From positions 7,906,485 through 7,970,484 of the forward strand of contig NC_134027.1 in NCBI RefSeq assembly GCF_964204645.1: a DNA stretch of 64,000 nucleotides, written 5' to 3'. The notes under the pieces were generated by a model. It was not told the origin of the DNA, did not search any database, and saw only the letters and a program-made list of their open reading frames with translations. This document shows positions 41,869-55,676 of this stretch, one piece after another; position 1 is the first letter of the stretch, and each line of letters begins with the position of its first letter. Both the position numbers and the translations under genes were made by a program. Origin of the DNA: Tubulanus polymorphus (lineage: Eukaryota > Animalia > Nemertea).

Positions 41869-43774
41869 AAAGCGACAAACCACGCTATACAAGGATCTAC
41901 GCGTCACTGCGGTTTTCCTTGTCGTAAAAGGTGCGTTTTTATTAGCTCGTGTTATACATAAAATTACGAACTTACGACATGAAAGAAAATTTTTGAAAAA
42001 CAGACGAGCAGAATTTTTCGCTGATTTATGCGCAACTTGTCGTCACATTTTTACAGGCGCGGAGTGTATGCGCTGCGAAGGTAGGAAAACACTCGAATGT
42101 ATATCGGGACTATAGCTGTATACCCCGGTCAAATAACAGCGTTCCATGCAGACGACACTCAAATAATACATCGGGATTTCGCCGCAGCGCAGTTCAACGT
42201 AATGAACTAACAAGGCCTCGACAAAAAGCAAACAGTACTTCACCTATAGCCAGTGACTGTGGCGAATCTTTTTGATTCTATTGTAAATACATATCAAACC
42301 GCGTGGAATGATTTACAACGTTAGCAAATACTAAACAACTTTTTAAGAATACGAGATATAGTCAATAGAAAATTCCAGAAAAGATACGCGCGACTTCAAC
42401 ACAACTGAACGTTTTCTGTATTCGAGTAAAGTTTAATTTACGCAAAAGATATGCTTACAGATTTGCGCCAAACCGCGCATATTGTCAATATTGAAGATTA
42501 GTTATCATTAACTTCTCTTCAAAATTCAAAGTTGAAACAAGGAAATTGGCGATATGTGTTCTATCTACCGAAGCCGTGGAAAATGTCCGGGCCGATAAGA
42601 AATGACATGAACATTAGTCCGCTGTCCAAGGTACGCCACAGATTGTATCTATCTCTGAAAAAGATAAGGAGAATCCCGCAGATCAAGACGACATAAACTC
42701 GGCTGATCACCCGCTGAAGTCCACCAGTACTTCAATAATTCCATATCGAATTTAAAAAAAAATTGACAACGGAACATTTTTCGCATCTAAGATCGAGCTT
42801 TCAACACAGACGCGGATTCAGACGGTAATACCGTAGGCAGGTACTATACCGTCGCGAAAAATCAGAGCCCCAATTTTCTTTTCATCCCCAAAGTAATAAG
42901 GGCAATTTTAGTCGTCTAAATCAATCCAAAAAGTAGAAAATGGCACATTTTTACAAGACGAGGCAGATAATTTTCAACAAAAAAGGCATACCATTCTTCA
43001 AGATTTCATCTTGATTACCTGGAAACTAAATCAGTAAATTTTCTAAAAAGCACTTTGCATCAGGACTTCTATTGCTTGGAAATTGCACCAAAAGCAGTAA
43101 ATTTTCTAAATTCTCCCCTATTTTTCGTGGAGTATGCCTTTTATTGTGCTACCCTCAACAGTGGTTCCTGGATCCACCCGCTACAATGTTTATCGGCAAA
43201 TTAATTGTTTTTAAGTTAGCATTTCTACAATACTGTACGTGAAACGATATCCCGAGGCTAGGTTAAAAATATGCATCGAATATTCGAAATATTCAGCTTA
43301 GTTGAACTAACACTTCTTTGCCAAACTAGAGGTGAATTGAACTGTGTTGGGCACTTATATTCCTGGATTACATGTAAAAAATACGTAATGTATTCACCAA
43401 TTCGCCCGACATGGAAATTGGCCAAGTTCAAGAATTTTGATTTTCAGTAACGTCAATTTATGTTGTTGAAATGGAACAATCCACTCAGTCATCTTGTAGT
43501 TCGCGGAATGATGTATACGGTCGTGCTGTTAACTTTGAAGAGCTGTCGACGCAACTCAACACGACATCTTCATGTCACTGTTAACATCCCTGACCTACAT
43601 AAAATTATATCATTAAATTACGTATGATTCTTGAAAAAAAGCGATAGGGGTAAAATATATAAAATCCTTTCAATGTTCCTATCCCGTGTAGGCTTCAAGG
43701 AATCTGGGGTACGCACGGACATGTACAGGGACAAGCTTATTTTCTCACCTAGGAAAAATAACAATAACGTATAA

Positions 43775-43800
43775 TGACGTCAGGGATATGTCTATAAATA
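43775..43800 (+). promoter_or_regulatory. Candidate LENG9-like promoter: full CRE plus TATA box
   Basis: TGACGTCA at 43775-43782 and TATAAATA at 43793-43800; a strong donor CTG|GTAAGT at 43952 and an acceptor just before the ATG at 44375 suggest a non-coding first exon. Confidence 0.45.
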
Positions 43801-44374
43801 ACTCAGTGATTGCGCCACGACAGGAAACCCCAAACAAGGCAGTTATAAACAAAACACGGGACCGCAACGGACATCAGATTTGTTCAAGAACCGCGTTCAG
43901 AACGCAGCTTTACCTATAACAATCTACATACGGTTTTTCATCGATACACTGGTAAGTACAATATATACATATGCATTGTGTTTATTCATAAACGTTGAGT
44001 AGGCCCCTACCAACGCGGGTCAAAATACATTGGTAGTAGATCCTTTTTTCGCGCCTCGCTCCATTTTTCAATTTCTGTATATAAGCATTTTCCTCTGTGT
44101 TCATAAATTACGTAGAAAACGTGTTAGAGTTAAGGAATAATTGTAGATAGAAAGATTTCCGGGCAAATTGAAAAATATACGGAGGATGTCTTTCAGTCGT
44201 TTCCAAATTGAAAATAATTCAATCAGCACCCCGCAACAATGAAGAAAAATAAAGTCCGAAAATTTTTCCTCGAGCAAGTAGTTTTCCCACAACTATATCT
44301 TGGGATTCTCTTTAAATTTCTCTTTATAGTGTCTTATCAATCGAGATCCAAGTTGAGAGTTTTGCTTGTAGATT

Positions 44375-47300
44375 ATGGCAGGTTCCGGCACCGAAGCTAA
44401 CCCCGTGGTCGATAACGAAATAGATGATTTGAAACAGAAATACGGAAAGATATGTTCGGTTATCCGAAATATCGGCGACTACAAATTCATGTTGAGCGTC
44501 AAAGTCCACGTGAACGTGACTGTAAAATTCCAACTTTCAGGTAGTGTATTTTCTGATGAATAAAACATTTTCAAACTATAGGTGCGAGAACTTCCTTGTA
44601 ACGAGGTTCCACTGTATGTAAATTATGACTACTTTACAATTCAAGTCAGCTTTAGTGATTGATTTCACGAAAATTAGTTGACATACATGTCTATATACAG
44701 TAGAACCTCGTTATAACGAACTCGGATACAACGATTCATCAGATATAACAAACTATACAAAACTGTTGTCTCAAGTAGGAGAATAAAGAAGTTTCCAGTT
44801 TCTAGGCGCCATTTTGTGGCGGTCCCTCGAGGTCCCCATTGTTGCGATAATTTGCGCTCATTTTTAAAACATAAGTTTAGATTGAATATCACATAGTTCT
44901 GCAGTCCCTTGCTCGATGAACTTAATTTATACACCATTTTAAAGGAAATGAAATGCAGATATTTGTTGGCGATTCTTGGAATTTTTGAATGCAACAATTG
45001 AGAACAGTGACGATGTGAAACCAAGGACCGCATATCTTAACCGCGCGTAAAAGAAATCGCGATATTTATTGATTTTGAAATATCTAAGTATATCTTGAAG
45101 CTATATTTCCAATTTTCACAGAGGTTAAAGAGGGTTATTTGCAGTTTAAGCCTGCGTTGAATTTTGTGAATATCTTTCCTGACGACTGATCTGTACCCGC
45201 TTGAGTTTGAGATTACGCGCAAAAGGGGTCTCCCACTGCGCACCGCCATTTCACTGAACATTGAGATTTGTGAAAAGAAATCTTTAAATGCAATTTGATT
45301 TCTTCATTTTTTCCATGGGGATATTTTGAGATTATAATCCGTATCTTGTTTGTACTGCATTTTGGCGGGGGCAATTAGTTTAGCTGGTTTCGGGATCCGG
45401 TTTGTCCCGCTTTGAAGTTTGAACGGCCCAGTTGGGGAATTGTCGCCATGCAGCCCGTCCAGCCTAGCGCCGATTTTGTGTTCGGTGAAATCATTGGCCC
45501 AAAACGTTTTAGAGTCCATGGTGAAATGTGCCAGTCAATTTAAACGCTTAGGACATATTTCAACACATATCTCTCTCCGGTAATCCCTCATCCTGGGATC
45601 ATACGACGAATTTACTGAATCTCAACTTTTTTGCTGGAAAACATCGACCAGATAACCTGACTGATATAAAATATCAATATTATATTTAAAGGGGATCCTG
45701 TCCCCCATTTGATATTCTGTTTTAGGGGCTCAACGTCCAGTTGGGCTACTTAAAGCTGCGCCGCATATTCAAAAATATATAAAAACTTAGATTTTGTTCT
45801 AGTGTCCATCCATGAGTGGAACATTCTGTTGAAAAGCAAATTAGGCTCTCAACTAGGCCATCTATGCAACCAACACAGAACGTCCCCACTCTTACAAGAA
45901 ATCCTTTAATTTCCCAACGCTACAAAACTCGAATTCCTCAAAGCACTCAAAGTCCATTTTTAAACATACGAAAATAAAGGTAATATATAACCATAAGAAG
46001 CAATATTAATGATATCAAACCAGTATAAAATCTTATTTTTGCGATTTCTTTTCGTAAATCTCAATGTTCGGTGAAATGGCAGTGGGAGACCCCTTTTGCG
46101 CGTAATCTCAAACTCAAGCGGGTACAGATCAGTCTTCAGGAAAGATATTCAAAAGATTTTAAACCAGGCGTAAACTGAAAATAACCCTCTTTAACCTCTG
46201 TGAAAATTGGAAATATAGCTTCAAGATATACTTAGATATTTCAAAATTAATGAATATCGCGATTTTATTTACGCGCGGTTAAGATATGCGGTCCTTGGTT
46301 TCATATCGTTACTGTTCTCAATTGTTGCGTTCAAAAAATCCAAGAATTACCAACAAATATCTGCATTTCATTTCCTTTAAAATGGTGTATAAATTAAGTT
46401 AATCGAGCAAGGGACTGCAGAACTATGTGATATTCAATCGAAACTTATGTTTTAAAAATGAGCGCAAATTATCGCAACAATGGGGACCTCGAGGGACCGC
46501 CACAAAATGGCGCCTAGAAACTGGAAACTTCTTTATTAAATTGATTTCATACTGGATATAAGTATCAGTCATAACTAACAGATTTTCTGGTCCCGTGAAG
46601 TTCGTTGTAACGAGGTTCCACTGTATACTTATATTTTTCTCAATACAGAAAACTACCCTGAAGTAGGACCTGAAATTATCATACGAAGCGAACTACACCA
46701 ATCAGACCGAGACTCGCTGTTGGGTCTGCTGAAAAAGAAGGCGTGCGAAAACCGAGGCTCATCGATGTTAGACGGCTTGATAACGGAAGCTTTCGATTTC
46801 GTCGAAAATCACGAAAATATACCGGACTTCCCAATAGCGAGCGACGACGACAAACAGGGCCGAAAACAAACCAAGTATAAAGATAAAAAGAAACGAAATA
46901 AAAAGTCGACGAAAGACGATACGACAGCCGAAAAGAAACCTCCGATGAAAACGGCAACCGACGTCATATCGAGGATCCTCTGGGATGAAAATCTGCCGAC
47001 AGATGAATTCACGGTCGGCTACATCGATCGATTTGTCGGCTTGGTGGAGAAACCGTTCTCGGCTTTCTCCTGGGAGGACATCGCGTCGGTCGACTATACC
47101 GTACTGGCGATTCCGAAGCATCGAATCGAGTATTTCAAATATAAGAACTTGAAGGTATGGGACAAGAACAGTCGCATGGACAACGTGTTCGGATCGACGG
47201 GCAGCGGCAAAACCATCGCGGGCGTCATCGAAAAATATGAGCAGCAACTAGCGGAGAAAATGTGTCTAACCGAACAGTCTACGGATCTCGATCTAGGAAA

Positions 47301-48054
47301 CGTATCAGTGGATGATGATAGTGATGATGACGATGATGATATAACGATAAACATCGGAACAAATTCCGTTTATCCCGGCCAACATGAAGAATACATAGAC
47401 GAAGAATTAGACGCGAATGGCGAGGAGAGTCAGTACAATCCGTACTGGCCGGATAAACTCCGTCCTAATCATTTCATAGCAATTCGCATAACGAACGAGG
47501 AAGTGTGCCAAACCGTCCAGCACATCCAGGATGTCATCACCGAAAAGGAGGATAGATACGGGCCGTGTTGCGTTCCCGAGCCGGCTCTACACGTGACGCT
47601 GTGTACGCTCGGTTTGGACACGAGCGAGCAACTGTCGAACGCGATAAAATGCCTTAAAGACAACGAGGACGAATTGGTGAAAATTGCGCAAAAGAAAATC
47701 AAACTAACAATCGACGGCGTGTCGAATTTCTACAATCGCGTGTTGTACGCCCGAGTTCAACACGGGAACGATCTTACGGAATTGTACGAATATCTGAAAC
47801 TGATTTTAAGATCGGCCGGACTCGACATCCGCGACAATCACGACTTCGTTCCTCACGTCACCATCATGAAAGTCACCCGCCCGGTTGGCAAAGCATTAGG
47901 CAACAGGATCAGTCCGTTCGTCTACGAAGGTTGCGAAACGACGTATCTCGGCGAGCAGATAGTCGATGGAATTCACCTCTGCTCGATGTCAAACGAAAGA
48001 AGATCGGACGGGTTTTATTTGACTCCCGCCAGTGTGGAATTCAAGTTACCGTAA
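44375..48054 (+). CDS. LENG9: LENG9-like protein: RWD + DUF504/MJ1316 + AKAP7-like 2H phosphoesterase; exons 44375-44540 and 46649-48054
   Basis: Phase-1 splice gives VKFQLSENYPEVGPEI (RWD YPxxxP); KKPPMKTATDVISRILWD..GYIDRFVG..IPKHRIEYFKY..VWDK (DUF504); RPNHFIAI, LHVTL and PHVTI (two HxT motifs). Confidence 0.9.
44698..46623. mobile_element. Tc1/mariner/pogo-type MITE (outer element) in the LENG9 intron
   Basis: TA|CAGTAGAACCTCGTTATAACGAAC ... GTTCGTTGTAACGAGGTTCCACTG|TA: CAGT-starting inverted termini with TA flanks; an extra orphan right end at about 44588-44616. Confidence 0.75.
44782..46537. mobile_element. Nested non-autonomous element with ~480 bp near-identical terminal inverted repeats
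   Basis: 44782-45262 (AATAAAGAAGTTTCCAGTTTCTAGGCGCC...) is the near-exact reverse complement of about 46060-46537 (...GGCGCCTAGAAACTGGAAACTTCTTTATT); no long internal ORF. Confidence 0.85.
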
Positions 48055-49143
48055 CATCCATCCCTACTTGCAGAATCAATCAACTTTTTCGGCGAGAAGA
48101 TTTTGTATTCATATGATTTATATTCGAATCAAAGTGGAAGAATTGTAAATGTTTTCATATGACTACTAAAATTTGAATGCTTTACAGTAAACCTTGCCTT
48201 ATTTGGACATGCCCATTTGGACTTACATAAACGCGGACAAAAATAAAATCATTTTTCGGACTTCCGAACATATATTCTTATCCTTGAATGGGACTTTTGG
48301 CTTCTCAGACCGATTTTTCTGGTCCCAGCTTGTCCGTGTGTTCGGCGACTTTATACTTTACATGGGATTTATACATTCTTCGAGGACCCTTTCACACACG
48401 ATTCCCACTGTTTACGCGTCATATCTAGACAGTGTTATCTCGATCTATAACCCTGGATCGGTTATTCTTAGCAAATCGGCGGTACTTATGATGTCAACCC
48501 AATTTCTTGTTAAATTAAATCTCCGCTATCTGATAGCAATAAATCTAAATACCGCGATAGATATCCGTCCTTTTAACACTTACACACATTCTCCCATGAA
48601 TAAATTATTTAGTATGAATGGTCAATGCATGCTTTTTAGGTATTTGCATGCTTTTTAGGTATTTGTTGTGTTAAGACTATTTTTGGAATGTCATTAATAA
48701 TAGTATTGATGAAGAATTAATAAAATTACTGTTACGTTCTGAAATTGATGTTTTGAAAATTCTTATGTAAGCAGATATCAAAGCGATAAAATCCAACTGT
48801 AACTGAAAACTTCAAACACTAAATTGGTGAGTAATGCACAAAGAAAAAGCGAATATTAGAATATCAAACATGCATTTATTCGAGATGCAAATAACATGCA
48901 CAGAACAAGAACAATCACTCACCGATTTTCTTATTTGAGATTCTATGTTCATCTTATGAGACTTCTCAATTCACAAATGAGTTACTCTCTCGACATAAGT
49001 AGTAATTACTATTTCTACTATAGCATCACAGTTTTCCAATTAAAAGTCTATTTCTATGTACATGTACTCGGTATTTACAGTCACTGGTTCCTAAATGCAA
49101 AATTTCATGTAATTCCAGAATGCCCCTGACATAGCAAGTTCGT

Positions 49144-52100
49144 TTACATTTGTTCAAAAGGGAAAGGATTTATTTTCGAAAGTTCTAAATCCTTCCGGTT
49201 TTTCTGTCGTATCCTCGGCCATGATTGCACTACATCGGTCGCCTCCTTCGATCCACCAGCCACGGGTTTCTTATCAGCTTTTTTACATTTCTTTTCTTGA
49301 GGCTCCTCGTAATCGGGCTACAAAATTCAAACCAGCGAGTAAAATATCAACAGTCCAGAGTAATCAAACATCATGCCTGGCTCTTCAGTTAATATGAAGT
49401 ATAATATTCACCTGAGATAGATACTTCTTTCGGAGATGTTCTCGTATCTGCATACCTCTCACTAACAGTTTCCAATTACCTAAAACTCTCTTCTCCTTTT
49501 TCTGTGCATTAGAAGTGGAAGAAGTTACTGGTTAGGAAATGCATTTTTTCTCAAGAAGATTCGTTCTTTGAAACTAGAATTGCCCAAATTAATACCTGTC
49601 GTTCTTTTTCCTTCAATATCTCCTGTTCTTCGTCCCAGGCAGCTATAAGGGTATCTTTGAATTCTTCGCAAACAACGAAACCATCCATTCTAAATAATAT
49701 CATAGTGTGGTCAAGGGAATGATAAACTAACAGAACAAAAAATTTACATCAGCAAAGATTATATCCCGTGTGCACTTACACAGGATGTGACCAACCACCA
49801 TGGAAATCCCAGCCTGTCATAGCTTGTGCACAGTCGATTTCCAATTTTTTGGCGATCTTGTTCAAACCAGGCACTAGAAGTTAACATAGAGGACAATTAT
49901 ACGGTTCATATGTCTAGTGCATGAGTACCTCATGATGTTCAAGATGGTACGTACATTTGAGATGAACAGTTCCTGCGGGTAACATACAAGCTTGGAATAA
50001 TTCGACATTTCCAAATTCATTTCTCGGTACCTTGCCCTTAAAAAAAGAATCACCTAAGTAACAACATCCCGATAGAAGAAGAAAAGAAACAAAATTAATT
50101 TGAGTTCTAGTTATTCTTACATCAACAGCTGGTGGAGGAACGTACTGTTCTGTTTGCCATAAGCCGAAACATTCTAATGAAGCCTCTTGCTCAGTTTCAT
50201 ATGCTCGCTTAAAAATGGAAAAGAAAATATTTCAGTTTTGTTGTGTAGAATGCGAAGAAACATTAACTCCACTTGCATAGTAGCTACTAACCCTTCTGAC
50301 AGTACATCATATTTCCCTTACCTTTTTCGTTTTTCGTCCTTTCACAACTTTGTATGGTTTTTCTCCAGGGCGAACTACTCTAGCATTCTTAAGCCACTGA
50401 ACTCGAGCGTGCAACTGTGAAGCAAATAAATGTAAATATCTCAGACTTTGATTCAAAGTCAAAATAATCAACCTTTATAACACTAACAAGATGGTCTACA
50501 TACATCATGAACACATTCTCTAGCATACACTGGTTCTTTTTTCCAATATCCTAGTGGAACTGATGTCTCCGGATATATCGCCTCAAACTTGAGTAAATGC
50601 CTTTCTAGAGCGTACCTGAATTAATAACAGAAGTCTTAAGGTTTGATAAAGTATGACTAGAACTCTAATTTTCCAACTAGCACTCATAGAATTCTTCTAC
50701 ACTATTAGCAAAAATTCTAAAAGATAAAACTCACAGAGGATGGTTTTTGTATTCAGACAAAGTTTTCGGAAGAGGTGCTTTTAACAATAAGCCTGAAAGT
50801 TAAAGCAGATGTGTTTATGTCTAATATCAAATACCGGTATACTTGGTTTCGCATGATAACCTTATTCAATTCCAGTTATTGGTAAGCCAGCTCATATAAA
50901 TATAAACTCAGACATTGGTGTCCTACCTTTTAATTCATCCTCTTCTGCTTTTTCCCGGTCAGCATTCGTTGATCTGTACGGATGCAAGACGTTTTTACAC
51001 CAATCGGCATCAATTCTTAACTTCATCGTGCTTGTCATCCATTTATCATCATAGCGAGGTGTCACATCTTTCACGCTACTCTCTAAATACAGAATATCTT
51101 AACATCAATCGTGGATAGCTAAAGTAAATGATTAAGCTTGTCTGTCAGAAAGATAGAGATATATACAATCCAATTACTATCAGATCAGACCAAAATGAAA
51201 GGAATACCCGGTATCTAAGACTGTAAACTCTTAAGCATTTCTAAATACAAACAACATATACAGATGAAACTTTACCATTATCAATTCCGATTATATAACT
51301 GAATGGCTGAGATGCAGTTTTCACAATTTCGATGGGTTTATTGAGAGTGCAATGTATACAGTCCACAGCTGAAAATGAAGAAAGAAGTCAATCAAACATT
51401 AACATGAAGTCAATTCATAACATGAAGTATTTGATAAAAGTAAACACGCTCAAGAAACAGTTTAACCCCTATTCTAATCTACCGCCACCATTACTCGCGA
51501 GACCTTCTTGTACTTACTCAGCCATATTTGTTTATCTTCTAGGTAAAGTTCAATCCAAATGTTTCCTAAAAGGAAATATGCGAATGCATCGATTAACAGA
51601 AATGGTCGGGGGAACAAAGGCTGTCGTTATCAATAAATACAGATGCTCATACTTACGACCGCCTGATTTTGTTGGTATCAGTTCAACACTAGAATTTGAA
51701 TCCGATGAAAGAACGCGGCGGTTTCGAGGCTTGGCTGGACCTCGACTAGAAATAATTTTAACATCCGAATCATTGGCTGAACTATACAAAATAAACATTT
51801 ATAAACATGAAAATCAGTAAGATGAAGATACAAGTAGAAATATAATCTCTATTTCTATAACACAATCGTACCCTTTCAATCTTGTAGATCCTTTTGTGTT
51901 AGTTTTTGCATTTGTTTGTTTTGCTTTTATATTATTCGACTCCTCTTCAAAATCATCATCATCCTCCTCATCATTTTCGCTTCCATCATTTTCACTGTCC
52001 GGCACGTAACTGACCCCTTTCTTGGATTTCCTACGGCTAGAGGTACGCGACGCTGAACGTGCCTGTTTACCCGAATCTTTTTTATTGTCCCTTGATTTTT

Positions 52101-54841
52101 TGCTCGTTTTCGCTTTACTGCTAACCTTTTCTGATTTCTCTGTTCTCAGTAGCGATTTTTTTTCTTCACTCGACACTGAGTTTACCCGTGAGCCGGTTTC
52201 TTTTTCGAGATCAAGTAACATTTCTGTTTTATTGTCTTCGGCGGACAATTTCTTATCACAAGATGAAGTTTGAGGTAGTTCTGAAACTTTCTGGGTCCCT
52301 TTTCGAACCTAAATAAGAAAGCATTTCACTCAAAATTACGATTCTTTTGCAGATATCATTTCTAGAAAATCCAAAGAATTGAATTATCTGTGAATTTAAA
52401 TCTGACTTTGAAATTTTCATTTTCAATAAGCAAATATCCACGTTTTTGTTAAATTGTACCTTGATAGCTTTAAGAGGCATTGGTCGCAGTGAGTTAATGA
52501 TTCGCACATCATAACCAAGACATCGCAGATATATTACGCACATCTGAAACAACACAAAAGATGATCACTGTTCATTATTCCAACATTCCCTTTATTGAGC
52601 CATTGTACCGTATAATTCTTACAGGCATTATACTTACTAATATAAGGTATTTCTCATTAGGGACTGTTTTTGTAGCCCAATATTTCACAAGGTCACCAAC
52701 CTACCAATTGACAAAATTATCCAATAACAATGAACAAATTTTCATGCAAATTAAAAAGCAACTAAAAATTTCAAACCTACACAGTTTGTAGAATCAGATG
52801 ACAAACTAACGTCGATGTGGTGTTCTTTTTTGAACCATAGCATGAAACTGTGAACATCATCAGAGACAGATTTTGACGATGGCTTCTTGAAGTATTTCTG
52901 TGGACAACATGAATAGGCAAGAGCAGTCAACGTTTTGTCCAGACATATTCGATTCTGATGCAGCCCGGCAGCAACAAGGCATAACAAGTGAACCTAAATC
53001 GACAAATAGATAACTATGCAATTAATACCATTTTACAAAACTTTTCTATGATTGCATGGAAGTGGTAGATTTCAAGCCTACCTTATGCATATCTTCTCTC
53101 ACGGCCTTTTGATACTTTTTAAACTGGCGCAGGAACATTGCTCGTATATCACATCCATTCTTTCTGTTTTTCAAAAAATAGATAATAATTACTATAGGAA
53201 GAAGACAATGTTTGTGATATCAATAATCTAAGACAAATATTTCGAGCTTGGTAAAAATTTTGAAGCTGACATACTTTTTCTTTTTCATGATATCAGTAGC
53301 TTCGAGCGTTATCTGCACAGGTGCATCTGGTATCTGATTTTTCTCAGCTGGCTGTGGTATTTCTGAGTGATAAATTTTATTTCAATATTTAAATATTAGG
53401 TCATTTGAATTGCATGAGAACTAAACAAAAGAAAAGTAAAATATCTTTTCATACCAGCAACTTCTTCCCAATCCGATTCACCACTGCTAGTGTCTGATTC
53501 TTGAGCTTCAGTAACAGGTTCTGGTTTTATTCTTCCCTTCCCAGGCTTTGATTTGCCCTTCTGACTTGTAGTCTGTGGAGCCATTTTCCCTGCAAAATTG
53601 AAAAAGACTTAGAAAATGGCTTCGACATCAGGTAGAATGTGTTAATAACGTTTTGTTCATAGGGAACAGAAAAAAGTTCCATTCTTACCTGAATCCTCAC
53701 AACTATCTAATTTTTTTATTTCTTCTTTTGCTTTCCTTGCATTTCTTTTCCCCTTAGCATTGGTCTGTTTTCCTAAAAATGAAAAAGGTTGACAAATGAA
53801 TTATGCACCACACTGGATCGGAATAGAGTCCATTAAAACTACGCAGTACTGAAAATGGGTTTTTTTTTATTGATTTGACCAAATCGTACACATATGAGTC
53901 ACAAGGATTTAGTTCATAGGGAATAGAAAAGTGTTCATTCACACCTGAAATCTCACAACTGTCTATTTTTTCTTTTGCTTTTCTTGTATTTCTTTTCCCC
54001 TTAGCATCGGTCTGTTCCTTTTTGACTAAAATATGGAGTGGCAAATGAATTATCAATCACCTATTAACTGGATAGTAAATCAGACATGAGTAAACAAAAA
54101 TCAAATAGTACCATTAATTGGTTTTTCTTCGGACTTGGCTGATCGCTGGGCTCTAGTTTTGCGGATACCTTTTTCTTCACTACTCCTGGTATCTAGCTTT
54201 GTCCGTTGAATTTTAGGAGTTCGCAGTGAATTTTCATTGATTTCGAAATCTGTATCATCCGAATTTTCACCAGAAGTGTCAATAATTTCACTTTTCCATT
54301 GCCTTTTTCTGTTTATCTTTTCCTTCTCACTACTGCTGCTGGGGGCCTGATTAGAATTTAATCCTTTAACCTTCGCCGCGAGTTTCGAAACAAGCGCCAA
54401 CGGTGGTTTTTCTTGTTGACGCATTTTCGAAGCAATTTTAGCAACAGGTGAAACCGGAATCAAACTGGATTTGTCGCACGGATCTGTCGATGTTCCATCT
54501 TCTTTCTTTTCCAAACATTTAACTTGAGTTTTGCATTTGAATAGCTCATTTTTTTTCTCTGAGGTTGAGGGTTCATTTGATGATTCATTGTCAAGGGAAT
54601 CATCAGAGTCACTGTCTGACAATGATGATGGTCCAACTCCCAGCTTTTTCATGTATTTATCGCTAATTCCTAAAACCTGTTCAGCTGTCAGTTTTCCGGA
54701 ATCATCAGCTTTGAAATATTTTGAACATGCTTCTTCATCCTCGATGTCAGCCTCCTGAACTGTTTCCGTGTCATCAGTTGGCTTATCTTCTATCTCTTCT
54801 ACTTGTTTACAAGCTCGATGTCTGGTCGATCTACGTTTCAT
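49144..54841 (-). CDS. XPC: XPC/Rad4 DNA damage recognition protein; many exons
   Basis: [115 protein letters not shown]-terminal LFPFEQM*. Start codon inferred. Confidence 0.95.
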
Positions 54842-55589
54842 CTGCAATGATTTAAAATTTCATCACCAAACGATCACAAACTATTTGAATTTAAAAGTAA
54901 GAGTCAGAGCTATATTAGATATTAGAGCCAATTTTCAAGTGAGATGGAATTTCTAGATCTCAACTTCTAGACTAGACTTCTTCTCTAGGCTATCTCTTGC
55001 AATACATAAAGTTATTAGTTAAAGCCATGAAGTGCACCGATTCATCCACCCTCGATAGGGAGTCTAACTTACCGGTACTTGATGGCAATAAGACTGCCAG
55101 GCCAAAACCCTGCCTAAATAATTAAGCTCAAATCCCCATGAAATTTGCTTCCATCCATCCACTCCAGCAGCAGTGATGATGTGTAAATAACAACCCAGCA
55201 AACCTGCTATGTGCACTCGAGTCTGGTGATGCCATCGGATTCGAATCAATGTGAAGGGAGGATGTCCTGACTAAAGGCCTGTATGAGTTTGACTGACAAT
55301 AAAATGCGGAGCGAGAGAGGCCTGGGAGAGGGGGATGGAATGATATCAATGGATGGAGGAGGATCGGATTACATTTTATTTACCTTCTCCCGTGCGCTTC
55401 TTTCTGCCAACAACCAGCTAGAAAACTATCTTGTATACGTAAGGTGATAACGAGAATTAATGCCTGACCCAACTTTACTGTACTGCCATTTGTTAACTGA
55501 TTCAATGGCTTTAATTATTAAACTTGCATTTGAATGCGATCAAACTTATGTAAAGCCGCGACGACCTTCAGAATGAGAAATGACCGGGT

Positions 55590-55640
55590 GGTGCTGCCCC
55601 CTGCGGACATCAACCAATTCAATTCAATTACACCGGAAAT
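55590..55640. promoter_or_regulatory. Probable bidirectional promoter between XPC and TRF, with CTCF-like and ETS-like motifs
   Basis: Divergent start codons 54841(-) and 55677(+); minus-strand TCCGCAGGGGGCAGCAC (CTCF-like) and CCGGAAAT (ETS-like). Confidence 0.45.
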
Positions 55641-55676
55641 GATAATATTTGTGGTTGTTTCGGCGGTTCTGTCAAA

